A stretch of DNA of 64,000 nucleotides from positions 920,783-984,782 of the forward strand of contig CM082580.2 in NCBI GenBank assembly GCA_040954595.2, given 5' to 3'. The translations under genes were made by a program, and so were the position numbers. The notes under the pieces are model-generated. The model was not told the origin of the DNA, searched no databases, and saw only the letters and a list, made by a program, of their open reading frames with translations. Position 1 is the stretch's first letter. The number at the start of each line of letters is the position of its first letter. The stretch is from Balanoglossus misakiensis (Eukaryota; Animalia; Hemichordata). Below are positions 47,801 to 61,986 of the stretch, in pieces.

Positions 47801-50800
47801 TACGAAATTTTGAGATTTTGCAAAGTCGAAAATTTGTCATTTTTTGATGATTTTCACCCATGTTTTTTTTTCAAAAATCAACGAACCCATGATTTTTTTT
47901 CAAAAATCTACGAAATTTTGAGATTTTGCAAAGTCGAAAATTTGTCATTTTTTGATGATTTTCACCCATGATTTTTTTCAAAAATCGACAAAATTTTTAG
48001 ATTTTGCAAAGTCGAAAATTTGTATTTTTTTGATGATTTTTACCCATGATTTTTTTTTTCAAAAATCGACGAAATTTTGAGATTTTGCAAAGACGAAAAT
48101 TTGTAATTTTTTGATGATTTTCACCCATGTTTTTTTTTCAAAAATCAACGAACCCATGATTTTTTTTCAAAAATCGACAATATTTTGAGATTTTGCAAAG
48201 TTGAACATTTGTCATTTGTTGATGATTTTCACCCATGTTTTTTTTTTCAAAAATGGACGAACCCATGTTTTTTTTTTTCAAAAATCGACGAATTTTTGAA
48301 AATTTTGTTAAGTCGAAAATTTGTAATTTTTTTGATGATTTCCCCCCCCCCCCCACGATTTTTTTTTTCAAAAATCGACGAAATTTTGAGATTTTGCAAA
48401 GTTGAACATTTGTCATTTGTTGATGATTTTCACCCATGTTTTTTTTTTCAAAAATGGACGAACCCATGTTTTTTTTTAAAATCGACGAATTTTTCAAAAT
48501 TTTGCAAAGTCGAAAATTTGTCATTTTTTTGATGATTTCCCCCCCCCCCCACGATTTTTTTTTCAAAAATTGACGAAATTTTGAGATTTTGCAAAGTCGA
48601 AAATTTGTCATTTTTTGATGATTTTTACCCATGATTTTTTTTCAAAAATTGACGAAATTTTAAGATTTTGCTGTCGAAAATCTGTCTTTTTTTGACGATT
48701 TTACCCATGATTTTTTTCAGAAATCGACGAAATTTTGAGATTTTGCAAAGTCGAAACTTTGTCTTTTTTGATGATTTTCACTCATTATTTTTTTCAAAAA
48801 TCGACGAAATTTTCAGTTTTTGCAAAGTCGAAAATTTGTCATTTTTTGAAGATTTTCACCCATGTTTTTTTTCAAAAATCGACGAACCCATGATTTTTTT
48901 CAAAATCGACGAAATTTTGAGATTTTGCAAAGTCGAAAATTTGTCATTTGTTGATGATTTTCATCAGCTATAACCCATTTTTTTTTCAAAAATCGACGAA
49001 TTTTTGAAAATTTTGCAAAGTCGAAAATTTGTCATTTTTTGATGATTTTCACCCATGATTTTTTTCAAAAATCGACGAAATTTTGAGATTTTGCAAAGTC
49101 GAACATTTTTCATTTATTGATGATTTTTACCCATGATTTTTTTTCAAAAATTGACGAAATTTTAAGATTGTGCAGTCGAAAATTTGTCATTTTTTGATGA
49201 TTTTCACCCATTTTTTTTCAAAAATCGACGAAATTTTGAGTTTTTGCAAAGTCGAAAATTTGTCATTTTTTGAAGATTTTCACCCATGTTTTTTTTTAAA
49301 ATCGACGGACTTTTGAGATTTTGCAAAGTCGAAAATTTGTCATTTTTTGATGATTTTCACCCATGTTTTTTTTTCGACGAACCCATGTTTTTTTTCCAAA
49401 ATCGACGATATTTTGAGATTTTGCAAAGTCGAAAATTTGTCATTTTTTTATGATTTCCCCCCCCCCCCCACGATTTTTTTTTTCAAAAATCGACGAAAAT
49501 CTCGAAGTTCTTGCAAAGTCGAAAATTTGTCATTTTTTGATGATTTTCACCCATGATTTTTTTTAAAAATCGACGAACCCATACTTTTTTCAAAATCGAC
49601 AAAATTTTGAGATTTTGCAGTCGAAAATTTGTCATTTTTCGATGATTTTCATCCATGTTTTTTTTCAAAAATCGACGAAATTTTGAGATTTTGCAAAGAC
49701 GAAAATTTGTCATTTATTAATGATTTTCACCCATGATTTTTTTTCAAAAATCGACAAATTTTTGAGATTTTGCAAAGTCGAAAATTTGTAATTTTTTGAT
49801 GATTTTCACCCTTTTTTTTTTCAAAAATCAACGAACCCATGATTTTTTTTCAAAAATCTACGAAATTTTGAGATTTTGCAAAGTCGAAAATTTGTCATTT
49901 TTTGATTATTTTCACCCATGATTTTTTTCAAAAATCGACAAAATTTTTAGATTTTGCAAAGTCGAAAATTTGTAATTTTTTGATGATTTTTACCCATGAT
50001 TTTTTTTTTCAAAAATCGACGAAATTTTGAGATTTTGCAAAGACGAAAATTTGTAATTTTTTGATGATTTTCACCCATATTTTTTTTCAAAATTGAACGA
50101 ACCCATGATTTTTTTCAAAAATCGACGAAATTTTGAGATTTTGCAAAGTCGAAAATGTGTCATTTTTTGATGATTTTCACCCATGATTTTTTTCAAAAAT
50201 CGACAAAATTTTGAGATTTTGCAAATTCGAAAATTTGTCATTTTTTGATGATTTTCACCCATGTTTTTTTTCAAAAATCAACGAACCCATGATTTTTTTT
50301 CAAAAATCGACAAAATTTTGAGATTTTGCAAAGTCGAAAATTTGTCATTTTTTGATGATTTTCACCCATGATTTTTTTCAAAAATCGACGAAATTTTGAG
50401 ATTTTGCAAAGTCGAAAATTTGTCATTTTTTGATTATTTTCACCCATGATTTTTTTCAAAAATCGACAAAATTTTTAGATTTTGCAAAGTCGACAATTTG
50501 TCATTTTTTGATGATTTTCACCATGATTTTTTTTTAAAAAATGACGAAATTTTGAGATTTTGCAAAGACGAAAATTTGTAATTTTTTGATGATTTTCACC
50601 CATGATTTTTTTTCAAAAATGTACGAAATTTTGAGATTTTGCAAAGTCGAAAATTTGTAATTTTTTGATGATTTTCACCCATGATTTTTTTTCAAAAATC
50701 AACGAACCCATGATTTTTTTTCAAAAATCGACAAAATTTTGAGATTTTGCAAAGTCGAAAATTTGTCATTTTTTGATGATTTTCACCCATGATTTTTCTC

Positions 50801-53800
50801 AAAAATCGACGAAATTTTGAGATTTTGCAAAGTCGAAAATTTGTAATTTTTTGATGATTTTCACCCATGATTTTTTTTCAAAAATCGACGAAATTTTGAG
50901 ATTTTGCAATGTCGAAAATTTGTCATTTATTAATGATTTTCACCCATGATTTTTTTTCAAAAATCGACAAATTTTTGAGATTTTGCAAAGTCGAAAATTT
51001 GTAATTTTTTGATGATTTTCACCCATGTTTTTTTTCAAAATTGAACGAACCCATGATTTTTTTCAAAAATCGACGAAATTTTGAGATTTTGCAAAGTCGA
51101 AAATTTGTCATTTTTTGATGATTTTCACCCATGATTTTTTTCAAAAATCGACAAAATTTTGAGATTTTGCAAAGTCGAAAATTTGTAATTTTTTGATGAT
51201 TTTTACCCATGATTTTTTTTTTCAAAAATCGACGAAATTTTGAGATTTTGCAAATTCGAAAATTTGTAATTTTTTGATGATTTTCACCCTTTTTTTTAAA
51301 AAAATCAACGAACCCATGATTTTTTTTCAAAAATCTACGAAATTTTGAGATTTTGCAAAGTCGAAAATTTGTCATTTTTTGATGATTTTCACCCATGATT
51401 TTTTTCAAAAATCGACAAAATTTTTAGATTTTGCAAAGTCGAAAATTTGTAATTTTTTGATGATTTTTACCCATGATTTTTTTTTTCAAAAATCGACGAA
51501 ATTTTGAGATTTTGCAAAGACGAAAATTTGTAATTTTTTGATGATTTTCACCCATATTTTTTTTCAAAATTGAACGAACCCATGATTTTTTTCAAAAATC
51601 GACGAAATTTTGAGATTTTGCAAAGTCGAAAATTTGTCATTTTTTGATGATTTTCACCCATGATTTTTTTCAAAAATCGACGAAATTTTGAGATTTTGCA
51701 AAGTCGAAAATTTGTAATTTTTTGATGATTTTCACCCATGTTTTTTTTCAAAATTGAACGAACCCATGATTTTTTTCAAAAATCGACGAAATTTTGAGAT
51801 TTTGCAAAGTCGAAAATTTGTAATTTTTTGATGATTTTCACCCATGATTTTTTTTCAAAAATCGACGAAATTTTGAGATTTTGCAAAGTCGAAAATTTGT
51901 CATTTATTAATGATTTTCACCCATGATTTTTTTTCAAAAATCGACAAAATTTTGAGATTTTGCAAAGTCGAAAATTTGTAATTTTTTGATGATTTTCACC
52001 CATGTTTTTTTTCAAAATTGAACGAACCCATGATTTTTTTCAAAAATCGACGAAATTTTGAGATTTTGCAAAGTCGAAAATTTGTCATTTTTTGATGATT
52101 TTCACCCATGATTTTTTTCAAAAATCGACAAAATTTTGAGATTTTGCAAAGTCGAAAATTTGTAATTTTTTGATGATTTTTACCCATGATTTTTTTTTTC
52201 AAAAATCGACGAAATTTTGAGATTTTGCAAATTCGAAAATTTGTAATTTTTTGATGATTTTCACCCTTTTTTTTAAAAAAATCAACGAACCCATGATTTT
52301 TTTTCAAAAATCTACGAAATTTTGAGATTTTGCAAAGTCGAAAATTTGTCATTTTTTGATGATTTTCACCCATGATTTTTTTCAAAAATCGACAAAATTT
52401 TTAGATTTTGCAAAGTCGAAAATTTGTAATTTTTTGATGATTTTTACCCATGATTTTTTTTTTCAAAAATCGACGAAATTTTGAGATTTTGCAAAGACGA
52501 AAATTTGTAATTTTTTGATGATTTTCACCCATATTTTTTTTCAAAATTGAACGAACCCATGATTTTTTTCAAAAATCGACGAAATTTTGAGATTTTGCAA
52601 AGTCGAAAATTTGTCATTTTTTGATGATTTTCACCCATGATTTTTTTCAAAAATCGACGAAATTTTGAGATTTTGCAAAGTCGAAAATTTGTAATTTTTT
52701 GATGATTTTCACCCATGTTTTTTTTCAAAATTGAACGAACCCATGATTTTTTTCAAAAATCGACGAAATTTTGAGATTTTGCAAAGTCGAAAATTTGTAA
52801 TTTTTTGATGATTTTCACCCATGATTTTTTTTCAAAAATCGACGAAATTTTGAGATTTTGCAAAGTCGAAAATTTGTCATTTATTAATGATTTTCACCCA
52901 TGATTTTTTTTCAAAAATCGACAAAATTTTGAGATTTTGCAAAGTCGAAAATTTGTAATTTTTTGATGATTTTCACCCATGTTTTTTTTCAAAATTGAAC
53001 GAACCCATGATTTTTTTCAAAAATCGACGAAATTTTGAGATTTCGCAAAGTCGAAAATTTGTCATTTTTTGATGATTTTCACCCATGTTTTTTTTTTTAA
53101 AAATCGACGAAATTTTGAGATTTTGCAAAGTCGAAAATTTGTCATTTATTAATGATTTTCACCCATGATTTTTTTTCAAAAATCGACAAATTTTTGAGAT
53201 TTTGCAAAGTCGAAAATTTGTAATTTTTTGATGATTTTCACCCATGTTTTTTTTCAAAATTGAACGAACCCATGATTTTTTTCAAAAATCGACGAAATTT
53301 TGAGATTTTGCAAAGTCGAAAATTTGTCATTTTTTGATGATTTTCACCCATGATTTTTTTCAAAAATCGACAAAATTTTGAGATTTTGCAAAGTCGAAAA
53401 TTTGTAATTTTTTGATGATTTTTACCCATGATTTTTTTTTTCAAAAATCGACGAAATTTTGAGATTTTGCAAATTCGAAAATTTGTAATTTTTTGATGAT
53501 TTTCACCCTTTTTTTTTCAAAAATCAACGAACCCATGATTTTTTTTCAAAAATCTACGAAATTTTGAGATTTTGCAAAGTCGAAAATTTGTCATTTTTTG
53601 ATGATTTTCACCCATGATTTTTTTCAAAAATCGACGAAATTTTGAGATTTTGCAAAGTCGAAAATTTGTAATTTTTTGATGATTTTCACCCATGTTTTTT
53701 TTCAAAATTGAACGAACCCATGATTTTTTTCAAAAATCGACGAAATTTTGAGATTTTGCAAAGTCGAAAATTTGTAATTTTTTGATGATTTTCACCCATG

Positions 53801-56800
53801 ATTTTTTTTCAAAAATCGACGAAATTTTGAGATTTTGCAAAGTCGAAAATTTGTCATTTATTAATGATTTTCACCCATGATTTTTTTTCAAAAATCGACA
53901 AAATTTTGAGATTTTGCAAAGTCGAAAATTTGTAATTTTTTGATGATTTTCACCCATGTTTTTTTTCAAAATTGAACGAACCCATGATTTTTTTCAAAAA
54001 TCGACGAAATTTTGAGATTTTGCAAAGTCGAAAATTTGTCATTTTTTGATGATTTTCACCCATGATTTTTTTCAAAAATCGACAAAATTTTGAGATTTTG
54101 CAAAGTCGAAAATTTGTAATTTTTTGATGATTTTTACCCATGATTTTTTTTTTCAAAAATCGACGAAATTTTGAGATTTTGCAAATTCGAAAATTTGTAA
54201 TTTTTTGATGATTTTCACCCTTTTTTTTAAAAAAATCAACGAACCCATGATTTTTTTTCAAAAATCTACGAAATTTTGAGATTTTGCAAAGTCGAAAATT
54301 TGTCATTTTTTGATGATTTTCACCCATGATTTTTTTCAAAAATCGACAAAATTTTTAGATTTTGCAAAGTCGAAAATTTGTAATTTTTTGATGATTTTTA
54401 CCCATGATTTTTTTTTTCAAAAATCGACGAAATTTTGAGATTTTGCAAAGACGAAAATTTGTAATTTTTTGATGATTTTCACCCATATTTTTTTTCAAAA
54501 TTGAACGAACCCATGATTTTTTTCAAAAATCGACGAAATTTTGAGATTTTGCAAAGTCGAAAATTTGTCATTTTTTGATGATTTTCACCCATGATTTTTT
54601 TCAAAAATCGACGAAATTTTGAGATTTTGCAAAGTCGAAAATTTGTAATTTTTTGATGATTTTCACCCATGTTTTTTTTCAAAATTGAACGAACCCATGA
54701 TTTTTTTCAAAAATCGACGAAATTTTGAGATTTTGCAAAGTCGAAAATTTGTAATTTTTTGATGATTTTCACCCATGATTTTTTTTCAAAAATCGACGAA
54801 ATTTTGAGATTTTGCAAAGTCGAAAATTTGTCATTTATTAATGATTTTCACCCATGATTTTTTTTCAAAAATCGACAAAATTTTGAGATTTTGCAAAGTC
54901 GAAAATTTGTAATTTTTTGATGATTTTCACCCATGTTTTTTTTCAAAATTGAACGAACCCATGATTTTTTTCAAAAATCGACGAAATTTTGAGATTTCGC
55001 AAAGTCGAAAATTTGTCATTTTTTGATGATTTTCACCCATGTTTTTTTTTTTAAAAATCGACGAAATTTTGAGATTTTGCAAAGTCGAAAATTTGTCATT
55101 TATTAATGATTTTCACCCATGATTTTTTTTCAAAAATCGACAAATTTTTGAGATTTTGCAAAGTCGAAAATTTGTAATTTTTTGATGATTTTCACCCATG
55201 TTTTTTTTCAAAATTGAACGAACCCATGATTTTTTTCAAAAATCGACGAAATTTTGAGATTTTGCAAAGTCGAAAATTTGTCATTTTTTGATGATTTTCA
55301 CCCATGATTTTTTTCAAAAATCGACAAAATTTTGAGATTTTGCAAAGTCGAAAATTTGTAATTTTTTGATGATTTTTACCCATGATTTTTTTTTTCAAAA
55401 ATCGACGAAATTTTGAGATTTTGCAAATTCGAAAATTTGTAATTTTTTGATGATTTTCACCCTTTTTTTTTCAAAAATCAACGAACCCATGATTTTTTTT
55501 CAAAAAATCTACGAAATTTTGAGATTTTGCAAAGTCGAAAATTTGTCATTTTTTGATGATTTTCACCCATGATTTTTTTCAAAAATCGACAAAATTTTTA
55601 GATTTTGCAAAGTCGAAAATTTGTAATTTTTTGATGATTTTTACCCATGATTTTTTTTTTCAAAAATCGACGAAATTTTGAGATTTTGCAAAGACGAAAA
55701 TGTGTAATTTTTTGATGATTTTCACCCATATTTTTTTTCAAAATTGAACGAACCCATGATTTTTTTCAAAAATCGACGAAATTTTGAGATTTTGCAAAGT
55801 CGAAAATTTGTCATTTTTTGATGATTTTCACCCATGATTTTTTTCAAAAATCGACAAAATTTTGAGATTTTGCAAAGTCGAAAATTTGTAATTTTTTGAT
55901 GATTTTTACCCATGATTTTTTTTTTCAAAAATCGACGAAATTTTGAGATTTTGCAAATTCGAAAATTTGTAATTTTTTGATGATTTTCACCCTTTTTTTT
56001 CAAAAATCAACGAACCCATGATTTTTTTCAAAAATCGACGAAATTTTGAGATTTTGCAAAGTCGAAAATGTGTCATTTTTTGATGATTTTCACCCATGAT
56101 TTTTTTCAAAAATCGACAAAATTTTGAGATTTTGCAAATTCGAAAATTTGTAATTTTTTGATGATTTTCACCCATGTTTTTTTTCCAAAATCAACGAACC
56201 CATGATTTTTTTTCAAAAATCGACAAAATTTTGAGATTTTGCAAAGTCGAAAATTTGTCATTTTTTGATGATTTTCACCCATGATTTTTCTCAAAAATCG
56301 ACGAAATTTTGAGATTTTGCAAAGTCGAAAATTTGTAATTTTTTGATGATTTTCACCCATGATTTTTTTTCAAAAATCGACGAAATTTTGAGATTTTGCA
56401 AAGTCGAAAATTTGTCATTTATTAATGATTTTCACCCATGATTTTTTTTCAAAAATCGACAAAATTTTGAGATTTTGCAAAGTCGAAAATTTGTAATTTT
56501 TTGATGATTTTCACCCATGTTTTTTTTCAAAATTGAACGAACCCATGATTTTTTTCAAAAATCGACGAAATTTTGAGATTTTGCAAATTCGAAAATTTGT
56601 CATTTTTTGATGATTTTCACCCATGTTTTTTTTTCCAAAATCGACGAAATTTTGAGATTTTGCAAAGTCGAAAATTTGTCATTTTTTGATGATTTTTTCC
56701 CATGATTTTGTTTTTCAAAAATCGACCAAATTTTGAGATTTTGCAAAGACAAAAAATTGTCATTTTTTGATGATTTTCACCCATGATTTTTTTCAAAAAT

Positions 56801-59800
56801 CGACGAAATTTTGAGATTTTGCAAAGACGAAAATTTGTCGTTTTTTGATGATTTTCACCCATGATTTTTCTCAAAAATCGACGAAATTTTGAGATTTTGC
56901 AAAGTCAAAAATTTGTCATTATTTGATGATTTTCACCCATGATTTTTTTCAAAAATCGACGAAATTTAAGATTTTGCAAAGTCGAAAATTTGTCATTTTT
57001 TGATGATTTTCACCCATGATTTTTTTCAAAAATCGACGAAATTTTGAGATTTTGCAAAGTCGAAAATTTGTCATTTTTTGATGATTTTCACCCATGATTT
57101 TTTTCAAAAATCGACAAAATTTTTAGATTTTGCAAAGTCGAAAATTTGTAATTTTTTGATGATTTTTACCCATGATTTTTTTTTCAAAAATCGACGAAAT
57201 TTTGAGATTTTGCAAAGACGAAACTTTTTAATTTTTTGATGATTTTCACCCATGACTTTTTTTCAAAAATTTACGAAATTTTGAGATTTTGCAAAGTCGA
57301 AAATTTGTCATTTTTTGATGATTTTCACCCATGATTTTTTTCAAAAATCGACGAAATTTTGAGATTTTGCAAAGTCGAAAATTTGTCATTTTTTGATGAT
57401 TTTCACCCATGATTTTTTTCAAAAATCGACAAAATTTTTAGATTTTGCAAAGTCGAAAATTTGTAATTTTTTGATGATTTTTACCCATGATTTTTTTTTT
57501 CAAAAATCGACGATTTTTTGAGATTTTGCAAAGACGAAACTTTTTAATTTTTTGATGATTTTCACCCATGACTTTTTTTCAAAAATTTACGAAATTTTGA
57601 GATTTTGCAAAGTCGAAAATTTGTCATTTTTTGATGATTTTCACCCATGTTTTTTTTTTCAAAAATCGACGAAATTTTGAGATTTTGCAAATTCGAAAAT
57701 TTGTAATTTTTTGATGATTTTCACCCATGTTTTTTTTCAAAAATCAACGAACCCATGATTTTTTTTCAAAAATCGACAAAATTTTGAGATTTTGCAAAGT
57801 CGAAAATTTGTCATTTTTTGATGAATTTCACCCATGATTTTTTTCAAAAATCGACGAAATTTTGAGATTTTGCAAAGTCGAAAATTTGTCATTTTTTGAT
57901 TATTTTCACCCATGATTTTTTTCAAAAATCGACAAAATTTTTAGATTTCGCAAAGTCGACAATTTGTCATTTTTTGATGATTTTCACCATGATTTTTTTT
58001 TAAAAAATGACGAAATTTTGAGATTTTGCAAAGACGAAAATTTGTCATTTTTTGATGATTTTCACCCATGATTTTTTTTCAAAAATGTACGAAATTTTGA
58101 GATTTTGCAAAGTCGAAAATTTGTAATTTTTTGATGATTTTCACCAATGTTTTTTTTTAAAAATCAACGAACCCATGATTTTTTTCAAAAATTGACACCA
58201 ATGTTTTTTTTTTAAAATCAACGAACTCATGATTTTTTTAAAAAATTGACATTTTGAGATTTTGCAAAGTCGAAAATTTGTCATTTTTTGATGATTTTCA
58301 CCATGATTGTTTTTTTCAAAAATCGACAAAATTTTTAGATTTTGCAAAGTCGAAAATTTGTAATTTTTTGATGATTTTTACCCATGATTTTTTTTTCCAA
58401 AAATCGACGAAATTTTGAGATTTTGCAAAGACGAAAATTTGTAATTTTTTGATGATTTTCACCCATGACTATTTTTCAAAAATTTACGAAATTTTGAGAT
58501 TTTGCAAAGTCGAAAATTTGTCATTTTTTGATGATTTTTTCCCATGATTTTGTTTTTCAAAAATCGACCAAATTTTGGGATTTTGCAAAGACGAAAATTT
58601 GTCATTTTTTGATGATTTTCACCCATGATTTTTTTCAAAAATCGACGAACCCATGATTTTTTTTTCCAAAATCTACGAAATTTTGAGATTTTGCAAAGTC
58701 GAAAATTTGTAATTTTTTGATGATTTTCACCCATGTTTTTTTTTCCAAAATCGACGAAATTTTGAGATTTTGCAAATTCGAAAATTTGTAATTTTTTGAT
58801 GATTTTCACCCATGTTTTTTTTCAAAAATCAACGAACCCATGATTTTTTTTCAAAAATCGACAAAATTTTGAGATTTTGCAAAGTCGAAAATTTGTCATT
58901 TTTTGATGATTTTCACCCATGATTTTTCTCAAAAATCGACGAAATTTTGAGATTTTGCAAAGTCGAAAATTTGTAATTTTTTGATGATTTTCACCCATGA
59001 TTTTTTTTCAAAAATCGACGAAATTTTGAGATTTTGCAAAGTCGAAAATTTGTCATTTATTAATGATTTTCACACATGATTTTTTTTCAAAAATCGACAA
59101 AATTTTGAGATTTTGCAAAGTCGAAAATTTGTAATTTTTTGATGATTTTCACCCATGTTTTTTTTCAAAATTGAACGAACCCATGATTTTTTTCAAAAAT
59201 CGACGAAATTTTGAGATTTTGCAAAGTCGAAAATTTGTCATTTTTTGATGATTTTCACCCATGATTTTTTTCAAAAATCGACAAAATTTTTAGATTTTGC
59301 AAAGTCGAAAATTTGTAATTTTTTGATGATTTTTACCCATGATTTTTTTTTTCAAAAATCGACGAAATTTTGAGATTTTGCAAAGACGAAAATTTGTAAT
59401 TTTTTGATGATTTTCACCCATGACTTTTTTTCAAAAATTTACGAAATTTTGAGATTTTGCAAAGTCGAAAATTTGTCATTTTTTGATGATTTTCACCCAT
59501 GTTTTTTTTTCAAAAATCAACGAACCCATGATTTTTTTTCAAAAATCTACGAAATTTTGAGATTTTGCAAAGTCGAAAATTTGTCATTTTTTGATGATTT
59601 TCACCCATGATTTTTTTCAAAAATCGACAAAATTTTTAGATTTTGCAAAGTCGAAAATTTGTATTTTTTTGATGATTTTTACCCATGATTTTTTTTTTCA
59701 AAAATCGACGAAATTTTGAGATTTTGCAAAGACGAAAATTTGTAATTTTTTGATGATTTTCACCCATGTTTTTTTTTCAAAAATCAACGAACCCATGATT

Positions 59801-61986
59801 TTTTTTCAAAAATCGACAATATTTTGAGATTTTGCAAAGTTGAACATTTGTCATTTGTTGATGATTTTCACCCATGTTTTTTTTTTCAAAAATGGACGAA
59901 CCCATGTTTTTTTTTTTCAAAAATCGACGAATTTTTGAAAATTTTGTTAAGTCGAAAATTTGTAATTTTTTTGATGATTTCCCCCCCCCCACGATTTTTT
60001 TTTTCAAAAATCGACGAAATTTTGAGATTTTGCAAAGTTGAACATTTGTCATTTGTTGATGATTTTCACCCATGTTTTTTTTTTCAAAAATGGACGAACC
60101 CATGTTTTTTTTTTAAAATCGACGAATTTTTCAAAATTTTGCAAAGTCGAAAATTTGTCATTTTTTTGATGATTTCCCCCCCCCACGATTTTTTTTTCAA
60201 AAATTGACGAAATTTTGAGATTTTGCAAAGTCGAAAATTTGTCATTTTTTGATGATTTTTACCCATGATTTTTTTTCAAAAATTGACGAAATTTTAAGAT
60301 TTTGCTGTCGAAAATCTGTCTTTTTTTGACGATTTTACCCATGATTTTTTTCAGAAATCGACGAAATTTTGAGATTTTGCAAAGTCGAAACTTTGTCTTT
60401 TTTGATGATTTTCACTCATTATTTTTTTCAAAAATCGACGAAATTTTCAGTTTTTGCAAAGTCGAAAATTTGTCATTTTTTGAAGATTTTCACCCGTTTT
60501 TTTTCAAAAATCGACGAACCCATGATTTTTTTCAAAATCGACGAAATTTTGAGATTTTGCAAAGTCGAAAATTTGTCATTTGTTGATGATTTTCATCAGC
60601 TATAACCCATTTTTTTTTCAAAAATCGACGAATTTTTGAAAATTTTGCAAAGTCGAAAATTTGTCATTTTTTGATGATTTTCACCCATGATTTTTTTCAA
60701 AAATCGACGAAATTTTGAGATTTTGCAAAGTCGAACATTTTTCATTTATTGATGATTTTTACCCATGATTTTTTTTCAAAAATTGACGAAATTTTAAGAT
60801 TGTGCAGTCGAAAATTTGTCATTTTTTGATGATTTTCACCCATTTTTTTTCAAAAATCGACGAAATTTTGAGTTTTTGCAAAGTCGAAAATTTGTCATTT
60901 TTTGAAGATTTTCACCCATGTCTTTTTTTAAAATCGACGGACTTTTGAGATTTTGCAAAGTCGAAAATTTGTCATTTTTTGATGATTTTCACCCATGTTT
61001 TTTTTTCGACGAACCCATGTTTTTTTTTCCAAAATCGACGATATTTTGAGATTTTGCAAAGTCGAAAATTTGTCATTTTTTTATGATTTCCCCCCCCCCC
61101 CCCACGATTTTTTTTTTCAAAAATCGACGAAAATCTCGAAGTTCTTGCAAAGTCGAAAATTTGTCATTTATTGATGATTTTTACCCATGATTTTTTTTCA
61201 AAAATTGACGAAATTTTAAGATTGTGCAGTCGAAAATTTGTCATTTTTTGATGATTTTCACCCATTTTTTTTCAAAAATCGACGAAATTTTGAGTTTTTG
61301 CAAAGTCGAAAATTTGTCATTTTTTGAAGATTTTCACCCATGTCTTTTTTTAAAATCGACGGACTTTTGAGATTTTGCAAAGTCGAAAATTTGTCATTTT
61401 TTGATGATTTTCACCCATGTTTTTTTTTCGACGAACCCATGTTTTTTTTTCCAAAATCGACGATATTTTGAGATTTTGCAAAGTCGAAAATTTGTCATTT
61501 TTTTATGATTTCCCCCCCCCCCACGATTTTTTTTTTCAAAAATCGACGAAAATCTCGAAGTTCTTGCAAAGTCGAAAATTTGTCATTTTTTGATGATTTT
61601 CACCCATGATTTTTTTTAAAAATCGACGAACCCATACTTTTTTCAAAATCGACAAAATTTTGAGATTTTGCAGTCGAAAATTTGTCATTTTTCGATGATT
61701 TTCATCCATGTTTTTTTTCAAAAATCGACGAAATTTTGAGATTTTGCAAAGTCGAAAATTTGTCATTTTTTGATGATTTTCACCCATGATTTTTCTCAAA
61801 AATCGACGAAATTTAGAGATTTTGCTAAGTCGAAAATTTGTCATTTTTTGATGATTTTCACCCATGATTTTTTTTTTTCAAAAATCGACAAAATTCCCAT
61901 TTTTTGAAGATTTTCTCCCATGTTTTTTTTCAAAAATCGACGAACCCATGATTTTTTTTCAAAATCGACGAAATTTTGAGATTTTG
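23800..61986 (+). repeat. ~38-kb array of a 78-bp A/T-tract satellite, interspersed with a ~29-bp truncated monomer; layered higher-order repeats
   Basis: Consensus CAAAAATCGACGAAATTTTGAGATTTTGCAAAGTCGAAAATTTGTCATTTTTTGATGATTTTCACCCATGATTTTTTT. Short unit CAAAAATCAACGAACCCATGATTTTTTTT. Identical spurious ORFs recur at fixed offsets. Confidence 0.98.
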
